Shown piece by piece: positions 44,641-55,673 of a stretch of DNA of 64,000 nt. This DNA comes from Squalus acanthias. Lineage: Eukaryota. Made by a program: the position numbers and the translations under genes. Within the stretch, counting starts at the first letter, position 1; every line of letters starts with the position of its first letter. The stretch is taken from positions 434,001-498,000 of the forward strand of contig JASTWF010000035.1 in NCBI GenBank assembly GCA_030390025.1, given 5' to 3'. Below the pieces are notes generated by a model. That model was given only the letters and a program-made list of their open reading frames with translations, was not told the DNA's origin and searched no databases.

Positions 44641-46992
44641 ATGGAACGACTCATAGTATTGCTCGTGGCAATCGGATGTGGATTGGCCTATCGGGGCCTC
44701 ACCAAGGATGTCGTGGTGTTTGGATGTTCCGGGGACACGGCCCCCATCGCGGTGGATGGGACCGGGAGACGGAAGGCAGAAGGGACCAGCACCTATTTCC
44801 ACAAGGGAAGGTGGCCAGGATGGCTGGGAACGAACTCAACGGAGTATTCCAGCACATCGGGGTTCGCCTACAAAGAGACTTCTTTAATGTGCCCCAAAGT
44901 ACGGATCATCGCACCCAGGATCAGCGTCACCGTCGGCAAACGGATTTGTTTGACTTGCAGTGGGAATGTCCCATTGAGCCGATGGTGGTGGCTGCGAAAG
45001 CTGAGCAAAACTATGAGGAACTCTTCGGTTGAGTGGGAGCGACTGGGTAATAATACCCATCGGACAATTACGGGGACAGATGGACAAGTGAAAGTCTGTT
45101 GGGACAAATGGTGGGAACCGGATGAGGGGGTTTATGTTTGTATGTGGGGGTCAAAGTACGTTTGCCCCAAAGGCATCTCCATATTCTTTATTAACCAGTG
45201 GCAGGATAACGGACAGGGGATGAGGTGGGATGCGAGCACCAGGGGGTGCGGAGCCCCATACTCTCCGATCCCAGTAAATGCCACTGAGCTCATTACGCGC
45301 CCACGCAAAGCCCCGCCCACGATTCCGGTAGTTCTAACTGAGGAAGAAGGGTGCCCTAAAACTAGTAAGGGACCCGGGAACGGTTTGGTACTGGTCCCCA
45401 CAGACCAGATACTATTTCAGGGGGTACATTACGCGGTGGCCTCGGTGATTTTAAATCTCACTGAGGTACGGTTACCAGAGTGGTGCCCCAAAAAGACGGA
45501 ACAGTTGTACCAGGTCCTGTTGACCAAGATGTTCAGGCAGTTTTACGAATTTGACTTTGCAGAAATTGATAAGACAAGTTTATACACCGCACCGCAGGAA
45601 GTTTTGGATCAAGTAGGGAGGCAAAGAAGGGGTTTGGTGAACGATGCGTTCACTGCTTTTAACACAGGGACATCTGTGGTCAACGCTCTAGACAGTGTGG
45701 AGCTGCAGACCCAGATTAATGGTTTAAAAACACAGTTAAAGGATATTCTCACAGATGAGAATAAAGTGGTAGGGTCGGGTCTGCACGAGGACCAAGCCAT
45801 GACACTACACTTAAAAGAGATTATAGCAGAGCTGGAGAAACATGCGCGTACGGTAAATGCCCTGATTAGGGAAGATCGGAATGCATCCGATCAAGCTGCG
45901 CAGAACGAGGTGTGCGTGCTTTACGGGGCGTGGTTACTGGGCGAGGGCCGCAGTAATTTGGAGGATTTAAAACAAGGTTTGGTCCCGTCCTGGATAAGTA
46001 ACAAACACCTGCGGGCGCTCCACCCTTTTCAGAATGCATTAAGTCCGTGCCAGCTCAGGCTAGCTTCAGAAGCTTACCCAGTCCCCGTGGACTGCGGACG
46101 TTCAAACCATACTATTATGGGAATAGTATTACGCATGCCGGTTTTGGGCAACACAGCAAAGCCCGCCCCGGTGTATCGGGTAGAGAACATTGGTGTCATT
46201 CAGGGGGGAGCCCACATTCGTTATGCAGCGGTTCCACCTTACGTCATCCGCTGGGAGCAAACGATGACAGGTACAGATCTCTCTGGTTGTCGTGGCAGGG
46301 GAGCACACATAATACTGTGCCCCCAGCACTTGAATGCCTTTTTAACACCACAGTGCGGGTTCAGAACGGCTGGCGCCAAGTCCATGAATTGCACCATGGA
46401 GGCAATGGCACAAGATCATGTGCCTCCGCAGGTAGCATACATCGGGGGTGGAACATATTGTGTTACCACTGCAGCGCAACACTACCAGCATGGAAACCGT
46501 AGCCGGTGTCCGGTGAGTGACAGCAGTTTCTGTTTTAAACCCAGGGCTGAAGTTCAAGTAGCACAACAGCGAATTATCCCAATCCCTGAACCATCCACTG
46601 TTCATCTCACAGTAAAAGAGAATTTTACCGACTTGCAGCGATTTGTCGCACATTTTGGGTACCTCATTCCCCCTCTCCCCGAGCATTTAACCAAACTTCT
46701 GAAAGCCGTCGCGGTGTCACAAAAGCATTTCTATACTTTAGAACAGAAAACCGTCGAGATAGGTACAGACATTTTGGACATAGTGGTTCCACCGTGGTGG
46801 AATCTGTTCACGAATATTGAAGTGCCCTCATGGGTCAGAATAGCCTCCCACATTTTAGTCGTCTGTCAAGTGTTTATTGTAGTGTACCTTTTGTTCATAC
46901 ATTGTAAAAGAGACAAGCGCCTCACCAAGCATGAGAACACGGGAGAGTGGCGAGAACGTTACGTGCGCGTGCACGATGAGAGCACCGTGTAA
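44641..46992 (+). CDS. env: Env: class I fusion glycoprotein with signal peptide, putative Ig domain, furin site, heptad repeat and TM helix (frame is open from 44482)
   Basis: MERLIVLLVAIGCGLA signal; RQRR|GLVNDAFTAF at 45619-45660; heptads; Cys-rich ectodomain; TM about 46840-46900; several NxS/T sites. Confidence 0.9.
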   Translation: MERLIVLLVAIGCGLAYRGLTKDVVVFGCSGDTAPIAVDGTGRRKAEGTSTYFHKGRWPGWLGTNSTEYSSTSGFAYKETSLMCPKVRIIAPRISVTVGKRICLTCSGNVPLSRWWWLRKLSKTMRNSSVEWERLGNNTHRTITGTDGQVKVCWDKWWEPDEGVYVCMWGSKYVCPKGISIFFINQWQDNGQGMRWDASTRGCGAPYSPIPVNATELITRPRKAPPTIPVVLTEEEGCPKTSKGPGNGLVLVPTDQILFQGVHYAVASVILNLTEVRLPEWCPKKTEQLYQVLLTKMFRQFYEFDFAEIDKTSLYTAPQEVLDQVGRQRRGLVNDAFTAFNTGTSVVNALDSVELQTQINGLKTQLKDILTDENKVVGSGLHEDQAMTLHLKEIIAELEKHARTVNALIREDRNASDQAAQNEVCVLYGAWLLGEGRSNLEDLKQGLVPSWISNKHLRALHPFQNALSPCQLRLASEAYPVPVDCGRSNHTIMGIVLRMPVLGNTAKPAPVYRVENIGVIQGGAHIRYAAVPPYVIRWEQTMTGTDLSGCRGRGAHIILCPQHLNAFLTPQCGFRTAGAKSMNCTMEAMAQDHVPPQVAYIGGGTYCVTTAAQHYQHGNRSRCPVSDSSFCFKPRAEVQVAQQRIIPIPEPSTVHLTVKENFTDLQRFVAHFGYLIPPLPEHLTKLLKAVAVSQKHFYTLEQKTVEIGTDILDIVVPPWWNLFTNIEVPSWVRIASHILVVCQVFIVVYLLFIHCKRDKRLTKHENTGEWRERYVRVHDESTV

Positions 46993-47408
46993 TAGGAAAA
47001 TGGCGTCACTCCCGCTCGCCACGTGCGCCGCGGAAGTTTGTACTCAGTGTAAATACGTTGGAAACTCGACATGTTTAAGAGTCGGGATTTGTTTATTTTG
47101 GTGATGGTGTTGATTGTTTGGTTTTTTTGGGTTTTGTTTTTCCTTTCCCTGAATAAAAGATAAATATACAGGTGATGCGTGAGGTATCGGCCTGGTTACG
47201 CCGGGAAGGAAAACAAGTGGTGTAAGTTTAAGGGCAAATGATGCCTATGGTGATATAAAGTGTGATTTTCTTGGGAAATAAGGACGACACAGAGACCCTA
47301 GTTAAGTTAAAATTTTATGGGATTAATTTACTGGATTCGGAGTGAAATCGAGATAAGATTGCTCACCACTGAGTTTTTGATACGATAAGCGGAGTTATTC
47401 GCATCAAC

Positions 47409-47416
47409 AGGAGGGA
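47409..47416 (+). promoter_or_regulatory. Polypurine tract
   Basis: AGGAGGGA one base before the 3' LTR. Confidence 0.75.
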
Positions 47417-47417
47417 C

Positions 47418-49025
47418 TGTAGAATTCGCAATTATCGCGATTTCATTTTTATTAAGGAGAAAACACAAGTTTCATTCAAAACAGCTTTTATTTCAGCGGA
47501 ATGCTGTCAGGTTTAAATTGGACACAAGCAGCCTGTAAAATGGCCGCCGCACCGCGTGACAGAACATTCGAGACTTTTCGGCAGGCAGACAAGATGGCGT
47601 TCCAATAAACATTTTTGCAGGATCGATAACGATTCAGCACAGTGAAGACAATACACAGGACATTATGGGTTTACAGTATAAACATCGATACTGGAATCGG
47701 TCTCCCAGGTACAAAGGAAAGCCATCAAGGGCCCATCCAAAGGACATTAATATGTAAACTCCCAACGGCTCTACGATGAGAGAGCCGTTAGCAGGTAGTT
47801 ATACAGGACACTTGGAAGCCCCAAACCCCTCCAGGGGGAACACCGACCGATTTAACAATGGGAGAAGTATTAACAGGTACTCAAACATTCAGGAGTAGCC
47901 CCGAAACCCATTAAAGACAGAGATCACCCATACAGGACTTTTTGGGCGCCAAACCTTAAACAAAAGAATGGACATTATAGTTGGGCGGGAAACGGAAGAA
48001 CTGTGCACTATAATTGCAGGCCCAAACCGTCCATTCTGTCTCTTGATTCTGGCCTCTTGACTCCTGATTCTTGCTCCTGCCTCGTGTTCGTGACTCTTGC
48101 CGCTTGCTGCTGTTATCCTCGTGGCTGCTCCTGGGTGAAAGACTGTTGCAAAGACCTATGTTGGTAGCTGGCAGCGGAACCGAAGGCCCGGGATGAGATG
48201 AGATGAGATGAGATGAGAGGAGAAGAGAAGAAGACCTTATCCATCGCCACGGTCAGTAAATCCCGACCGCGCCTGTAGGTCGATCGGCCAAGTCTTCTTG
48301 ACAACGAAGTTTTCTTCTAACAAAACATATTGCATCGACGATAACTGGACTGTGCAAACACATCGTATCAATGATATTGACAACGGTGTTCCACCATACC
48401 CTGTATCCAACCAACAGAGGTCTTCACTACAGCGGACGGTCCAGCCGACTGACCGAGCAGCAGAAGCAGTAAACAAGTGGGACCAGGAGATCTCCTGACC
48501 AACACGTGGGTGCTGAGGTGAAAAACATCCGATCAGCTATTCGGGATTTCTCCGAGTTATTACGAGTGGTGAGCATGAGTCTCGGGATCCTACGAAGCTA
48601 GTTTTAGGATAGTTATTGATAGGGGAGGGTTTAAAGTAAGGATATTTGTAATGTGTGCCCTATTTACGTTGTGCTGGTCGTTCCTCGTTTCCCTAAGAGT
48701 GATTATAACTGTTTGTAAGATTGTACTGTCATTAATCTGTGCATATGACATGTATTTCATAATTTTAAGTATCATGCAATAAAGATTTTCCATTTCGTAC
48801 CGTTCAAACCAAGTCTACATGAGTTTTATCTCCATTGCTGCTCTCGCATCTAAGTCCAGTGTCTAGAACCGTAAGGGAGAGTGATTCGAACCACTCACAG
48901 GGGTGTCTAGTGTTCCCAGACTGGCTGGAGACCAGGCCTAGACCCGCACTGACATACAGGCTGCACAGAGCCGCGTGAATCTCACAGGCTACGAGACACG
49001 CAGGGTCAGGAGAGTATCCCTTACA
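47418..49025 (+). repeat. ERV 3' LTR (1608 bp)
   Basis: Same length as the 5' LTR; the four short ORFs over it translate identically to those in the 5' LTR. Confidence 0.97.
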
Positions 49026-50224
49026 GAGACAAGGAGCAACATCACAGACGTAAGTCGAGCTGGAAGCGAGTCGGCATCGCTCACCACTCAGACACACCTG
49101 AGTCCAGCTCGTGAAGACACCACCTCGACGGACCTCCAACAACGGTCCCAACACAGTCACCCGGAGCAACAAGCAGCAAGAAGACATCGACGGCTCCACG
49201 AGGTCGACCGACACACTAAACAAGGCCTAAAACTATCGCGGAAACCAAAGGCCTCACGAAACCAACAACCGCATATTACCCCCAACTGACCGGGTAATAG
49301 CAGGCCACCGCAACCAACAAAGACCATCTCAAGGGAAGAAAACCCGAAGAACCGCAAAGTTTCCACACTACAAACTACTCCTGACTTACCCCTGGGTAAG
49401 ATTTTCCCCAAAGACTCTAAACCCTACTCCTAACCAAAAGAAATTGGGTACTCACCTGATAGATCCAAACCGACATCCTACCGCATCAGCGGACTCACGA
49501 AGACTGACCAGAGACCCAGGTGAAGTCCTCTACCGCGTACGGGGTACGGCAGACACTAACCGCCATAAACAGCGAACCCCAAAACCGCGATTTAGCCCAA
49601 CTGTCAAAGGATTGGTGAGCATTATCCCTGGTCCTTCAAAGCCTAACTTAGCTAGTAAAGTGGGGTTGGGAGGGGTGAAGTATTGTTCTACTGTCATTTC
49701 CCTCGCTTGTACCCCACCTTTAGAGAGTTAAGAGTGTTATTATTGTGTTTTACCTTTTTAATAAAGATCGAAGTTCTTTCATCAAACTCAGTTATCTGCT
49801 GCACCTTTTATCACAACCCCCAAATAAGTCCAAGGTCTGGAACCAAGGGATTGGGAGCGATTCGAACCGCTCAGAAGTCAGAGGTGAAGCTGACACAAAC
49901 CACCACCCTCTACAGGTGAGATGAAGAGGGGTAGGAGGAGGCTGGTGTGGAGCATAAACACCGGCATAGAATGGGCTGAATGGCCTGTTTCTGTGCTGTA
50001 CATTCTATGCAACGTTCTTGTTAAGCTGTGCGGCCTCGGGGCTGTCTGGAGTTCCCGCGCAGGCCGATCAACAGCTTTTCAATGGGAGATTTCACACATG
50101 CTCGAAATATTGAATGGGCCGCGCAGTCCGTTAAAGGGACCGCACACCCAAAAATAAATCAGGGGGAACATTGATTCTATGTTATTCTATGTCGTTTTGT
50201 CACAATCTCGTTTCCAATTTTTAG

Positions 50225-50416
50225 ATTTGGTGAAGTGCTCGCAGAATGCACGGATTGTGAATGTCTCTTCGAAGGTTCACAGAAAGGGGGAGGTAGACTT
50301 CAGGCAGATGAGAGGCGACAACCTGCCAAACTCCTGGCCAGATGTGATGTACAACAACACCAAACTAATGAACGTCCTGTTCACACTGGAGCTGTCCAAT
50401 CAACTCCGTCACACAG
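50225..50416 (+). CDS. Internal exon C of the RDH-like SDR (catalytic Ser and YxxxK)
   Basis: ttttag acceptor, G|gtagga donor; ARIVNVSS...YNNTKLMNVLFTLEL. Confidence 0.94.
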
Positions 50417-50575
50417 GTAGGAACAGCCGGGGCTGGAGGGGGGGATGGGGTCTGTCGCTAAGAGTCAGTGTTCACCCGGACATTCAATAGTGTGAATTTA
50501 TGAGGGCCGCAATCATTTGCATTAAGTACTGTTGTAGCTGACCTCACAAGACCTGGGTACGATACTCTAGTGGTT

Positions 50576-51915
50576 AAGAGCATAAGAAATAGGAGCAGGA
50601 GTAGGCCATTCGGCCCTTCGAGCCTGCTCCGCCATTCAATATGATCATGGCTGATCCTCTATCTCAATACCATATTCCCGCTCTCTCCCCATACCCCTTG
50701 ATGCCTTTTGTGTCTAGAAATCTATCCTTCTTAAATATATTCAGTGACTTGACCTCCACAGCCTTCTGTGGTAGAGAATTCCACAGGTTCAACACCCTCT
50801 GAGTGAAGAAATTTCTCCTCATCTCAGTCCTAAATGTCCTAACTCATATCCTGAGACTGTGACCCCTCATTCTAGACCCCCCAGCCAGGGGAAACATCCT
50901 CCCTGCATCCAGTCTGTCCAGCCCTGTCAGAATTTTATACGTTTGCACAAGATTCCCTCTCATTCTTCTAAACTCTAGTGAATACAGGCCTAGTCGACCC
51001 AATCTCTCCTCATACGACAGTCCTGCCATCCCAGGAATCAGTCTGGTGAACCTTTGCTGTACTCCCTCTATGGCAAGTATATCCTTTCTTAGGTAAGGAG
51101 ACCAAAACTGCACACAGTACTCCAGGTGTGGTCTCACCAAGGCCCTGTATAACTGTAGTAAGACATCCTTGCTCCTGTACTCAAATCCCCTTGCAATGAA
51201 GGCCAACATGCCATTTGCCTTCCCAACTGCTTGCTGCACCTGCATGTTTGCTTTCAGTGACTGGTGTACAAGGACACCCAGGTCCCTTTGTACATCAACA
51301 TTTCCCAATCTAACACCATTTAAATAATACTCTGCCTTTCTGTTTTTCCTACCAAAGTGGATAACTTCACATTTATCCACGTTATACTGCATCTGCCATG
51401 TATTTGCCCACTCACTCAACTTGTCTAAATCGCCTTGAAGCCTCTTTGCATCCTCCTCACAACTCACAATCCCACCAAGTTTCGTGTCATCAGCAAACTT
51501 GGAAATATTACATTTGCTTCCCTCATCCAAATCATTGATATATATTGTGAATAGCTGGGGCCCAAGCACTGATCCGTGCGGTACCCCACTAGTCACCGCC
51601 TGCCACCCCGAAAAAGACCCATTTATTCCTACTCTCTGTTTCCTGTCTGTTAACCAATTTTCAATCCATGCCTGTATATATTACCCCCAATCCCATGTGC
51701 TTTAATTTTGCACACTAACCTCTTATGTGGGACTTTATCAAAGGCCTTCTGAAAATCCAAATATACTCAATATGAATATACTCAACGACTGAGCATCTAC
51801 AGCCCTCTGGGGTAGAGAATTCCAAAGATTCACCACTCTCTGACTGAACAAATTTCTCCTCATCTGAATCCTAAATGTCCGACCCCTTATTCTGAGACCA
51901 TGCCCCCTCATTCTA
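50576..51915 (-). mobile_element. 5'-truncated CR1 LINE (RT C-terminal half plus 3' UTR) and an adjacent small CR1 piece
   Basis: ORF 50844-51596 with GSVLGP and FADD; CR1 tail near 50576. Confidence 0.92.
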
Positions 51916-51919
51916 AGGG

Positions 51920-53200
51920 TGTAAGGGGGTTTTTGTCTCGGGCTTATTTGTAGGTCAGCCAGTTATGTTTTCCTGGACTGTGCTGCCCGCTGTGCGGTTG
52001 CGAATCGCTATCCCCTTCCTAGTTCTGAGCCCAGGACTTATCGAGCGGCGATAATGACAAACGAACAGACCCGTGGATTGGTGCGAGGAAAACCAATGTT
52101 TATTTAACAGAGATGAAACATAACATGTCAATCTTAACTTCGGTATAAACGAGGGAAATGACAGGAGAACAATACCCCACCCCTCCCAACCCCACTTTAC
52201 TAGCTAAGTTAGACTCTTGAGGACCAGGGATAATGCTCACCAAACGAATCCTTTGACAGTTGAGATATGGTTTCAAGTCCTTTTAAGTGAAAGTTTCATA
52301 AGGCCCTTGTGCCTCGAGGTGTTTGATGGTCACTGGAACCGTTGCTCTGGTTTCTTGCGTGTCGGTCTGTTTCTGGAGCTGCTGGCCTTCTTCATTGAAC
52401 GGTCTTGTTTCTGTTGAACTGTGTACTGGAGAACTCCTGTGCTTCAGCTGTCCTGCTTGTGGCCTCTCTGTCTGGCTTGGACAGCTTGTTTTAAACTGCT
52501 AGGCTGCAAAACTGCTCGTCCCTGTGGAACTCCTCTCTGTAGAACTCCCGCTTCTTCCAGCACAGGTCTCTGTAGCACTCCGGCTTGTAGAACTCGTCTC
52601 TGCAGAACTCCGGCTTGTTCCAGCACGGGTTTCAAGTTATACTCTTCGATTGTTCCTTATTTGCCCGCCAAATCTTCCCAGTGCTTTGTTTAACTCTGGT
52701 GGGCTCGTTAAGGTAGTTAACCTTAATGGCAGGAGATGGCCTTTAACGATATTAAATATTTGTTAAGTGGAGGATGATTGCTGGTCTGATGGTTGTTCAT
52801 TTGTGTTGAGTACGTCTTTGTATAAATGCTAAACAGTTTGATGGGGCTGGAGACGGGTCGACCACCTGTCTGTAGAGGCCAGCCCCGCCTCCCTTGGCAG
52901 CCCCTGAGGTCTGTTTAAAAAATGTTTTAAAATGTCCCTGGTCCAATACACTCAATTGGTTTTAAAATGCCCAAAGCTCCTTTTTCTTAGGGTCTCTCTC
53001 TTTTCCTCCGAGTCTTTTGGGGGTCTGGGAATTTCGCAACTCTCTTACAGACCTGGGCATGTCACCTGGCCTGCTGTTTTTGCAGGGCCCTGGTTTCTGT
53101 TCAATGTCGCAGGCTTCTGCCATGAGGTCTAGAAGCCACTTTGTCCAGGGTACCCCTCATTAATAACTCTGGGGAATGTGGGAATTTTGAGAACCCTACA
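51920..53200 (-). mobile_element. Solo LTR (1281 bp) with a second, internal LTR-like terminus at 53049
   Basis: TGTA...TACA ends, TSD AGGG (51916-51919 and 53201-53204); shares blocks with 26239-27512. Confidence 0.8.
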
Positions 53201-53654
53201 AGGGCTAGAAATTCGCCTCCTTTGCGCCTCCCGTTAGCGCCTCTGGGGGACGATATCGGGGCACTACCGGCTTTGCGACCGGGCGCGGCTAGAGTACCGA
53301 CGCCCGCGAAATTCCCGTTGAGGTTTGCAGCGGCGGTAACCCCTAGCGCCACGATCTCCTGCGCCCGGAGATCGTGACGTCATCGTGCTGTGCAGCGCCC
53401 CAGACCCGAAATTCAGTTCCTCCCCCTGCAGCATCTCCGGGCGATAACCCCGACAGCTGCAGGAGGCGTTGTCAGGGAGGTCGGCCGCTTGAGCTGCGGG
53501 ATTTAAAAATGATGATGGTTGCGTGAAAAAGAAATGTTCTTAATGCCTTACGTCCATTTTGTCAGCATTTTCTTCGGCCGTGATCGATCAGCCCTGCGCT
53601 CTGTTAGAGTGCTTGGGGCTGATCGTGTCGGATCGCGGCTGCCGTCGGTGACAA

Positions 53655-55585
53655 TTGTACAATTGTAGCAAGACTTCCTTACTCTTATACTCCAATCCCC
53701 TTGCAATAAAGGCCAACATGCCATCTGCCTTCCTAATTGCTTGCTGTGTACATGCATGCTAACTCTCTGTGACTCCTGTACGAGGACACCCAAATCTCTC
53801 TGAACACCAACATTTAATAGTTTCTCACCTTTTAAAAAATATTCTGTTTTTCTATTCTTCCTACCAAAGTGAATAACCTCACATTTCCCCACATTATATT
53901 CCAGCTGCCACCTTATTGTCCACTCACTTAACCAGTCTATATCCCTTTGCAGGCTCTTTGCATCCTCCTCACAACTTTTTTTTTTGTTTCTGGGATGTGG
54001 GCGTCGCTGATTACTGTCCCACCAGCTTTATATCATCAGCAAACTTGGATATATTATAGCAAAATACTGCGGATGCTGGAAATCCGAAATAACAACAGAA
54101 AATGCGGGAATAACTCAGCAGGCCAGGCAACATCCATTGAGAGAGAAAGAGAGTTAACGTTTCAGGTCGAAACCCTTCGTCGGGACTGAGAGAGCAAGAA
54201 ATAAACAGATAAAAATGCAAGGGGGAGGCTGGGGGGAGGAATAAAAGAACAAAAGGGATGGTCTTTCGTGAGTAGAGACATTGAGAGATGCTCAAGGCAA
54301 GACGAGATGGTAATGGGACAGGTTGAGAAACAAAAGGTAAGGTGTGAAATGCTGGCAGAATCAGAGACAGCTGCCGTGGGGGGAGAGAGAGAAAAAAAGG
54401 AAAAAGGCACGGACCAAAAGAGTGGATAAAATGTATACATATGTGGTAGGGGCCGGGGTTATGATCTGAAATTGTTGAACTCGATATTGAGTCCGGAAGG
54501 CTGTAAAGTGCCTAAACGGAAGATGAGGTGCTGTTCCTGGAGCTTACGCTGAGCTTCCGTGGAACAATGCAAGAGGCCGAGGACGGTGAGGTCTGAGTGA
54601 GCGTGGAGGGGTGAATTAAAATGACAAGCGACCGGAAGCTCGGGGTCACCCTTCCGGACTGAACATTTAATCCACTCCTTTGGTCCGTGCCTTTTTCCTT
54701 TTTTTCTCTCTCTCCCCCCACGGCAGCTGTCTCTGATTCTGCCAGCATTTCACACCTTACCTTTTGTTTCTCAACCTGTCCCATTACCATCTCGTCTTGC
54801 CTTGAGCATCTCTCAATGTCGCTACTCACTAAAGACCATCCCTTTTGTTCTTTTATTCCTCCCCCCAGCCTCCCCCTTGCATTTTTATCTGTTTATTTCT
54901 TGCTCTTTCAGTTCCGACGAAGGGTTTCGACCTGAAACGTTAACTCTCTTTCTCTCTCCACGGATGTTGCCTGGCCTGCTGAGTTTTTCCAGCGTTTTCT
55001 GTTGTTATTTTGGATATATTATACTTGGTCCCTTCATCTAAGCCATTGATATAGATTGTAAATAGCTGAGGCCCCAGCTCTGATCCTTGCGGCACCCCAC
55101 TAGTTACAATCTGTCACCCCAAAGTGACCCATTTATCCCAACTCTCTGTTTTCTGTCCGTTAACCAATCCTCAATCCATGCTAACCTATTACCCCAACCC
55201 CATGAGCCCTAATCTTGTGCAACAACCTCCTGTGTGGCACCTTATCAAATGCTTTTTGAAAATCCAAATATACTACATCCACTGGTTTCCCCTGATCTAC
55301 CCTGCTCGTTACATCCTCAAAACTTGTTGTTTGATATAAATACAACAACTTGGATTTATATAAAACTCTAACAGGTTTGGCGAACATGATTTCCCTTTCA
55401 TAAATCCGTGTTGACTCTACCCAATCCTATTATTATTTTCTAAGTGCCCTGTTACCATGTCCCTAATAATAGATTCCAGCATTTTCCCTACTACTGATGT
55501 CAGGCTAACTGGGCTGTAGTTCCCTGTTTTCTCTCTCCCTCCTTTCTTGAACAGCAGGGTGACATTTGCTACCTTCCAATCCGCA
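53655..55585 (-). mobile_element. Degraded CR1 ORF2 fragments interrupted by a Penelope element
   Basis: KCEVIHFGRKN, ISKFADD and YLDFQKAFDKVPH remnants. Confidence 0.85.
54059..55009 (-). mobile_element. Truncated Penelope-like element with inverted terminal repeat arrangement
   Basis: About 350-bp inverted arms (54082-54434 and 54663-55013); spacer encodes AQRKLQEQHLIFRLGTLQPSGLNIEFNNFRS* (GIY-YIG C-terminus); TTGGATATATTATA duplicated at 54045-54058 and 55010-55023. Confidence 0.85.
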
Positions 55586-55673
55586 GGGAGGGATTGTTTT
55601 GAAATAAGGAGTTGTGTTTGGAATTCCGCCCCCTGCTGGACTCGTGCCTAAAGCCTTTTCTGTACACTGGCAG

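Larger units (their letters stand above)
36432..49025 (+). mobile_element. Intact endogenous retrovirus, lokiretrovirus-like (LTR-gag-pol-env-LTR, 12594 bp)
   Basis: Matching 1608-bp LTRs, GAGA TSD (36428-36431 and 49026-49029), PBS, PPT, three uninterrupted ORFs. Confidence 0.96.
35783..49914 (+). mobile_element. Solo LTR (about 1.53 kb; 35783-36431 plus 49030-49914) split by the provirus and itself inserted in a CR1 3' end
   Basis: TGTA...TACA ends, 4-bp TSD GGTG (35779-35782 and 49915-49918), AATAAA at 49760; CR1 3' UTR resumes to about 50010. Confidence 0.88.
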
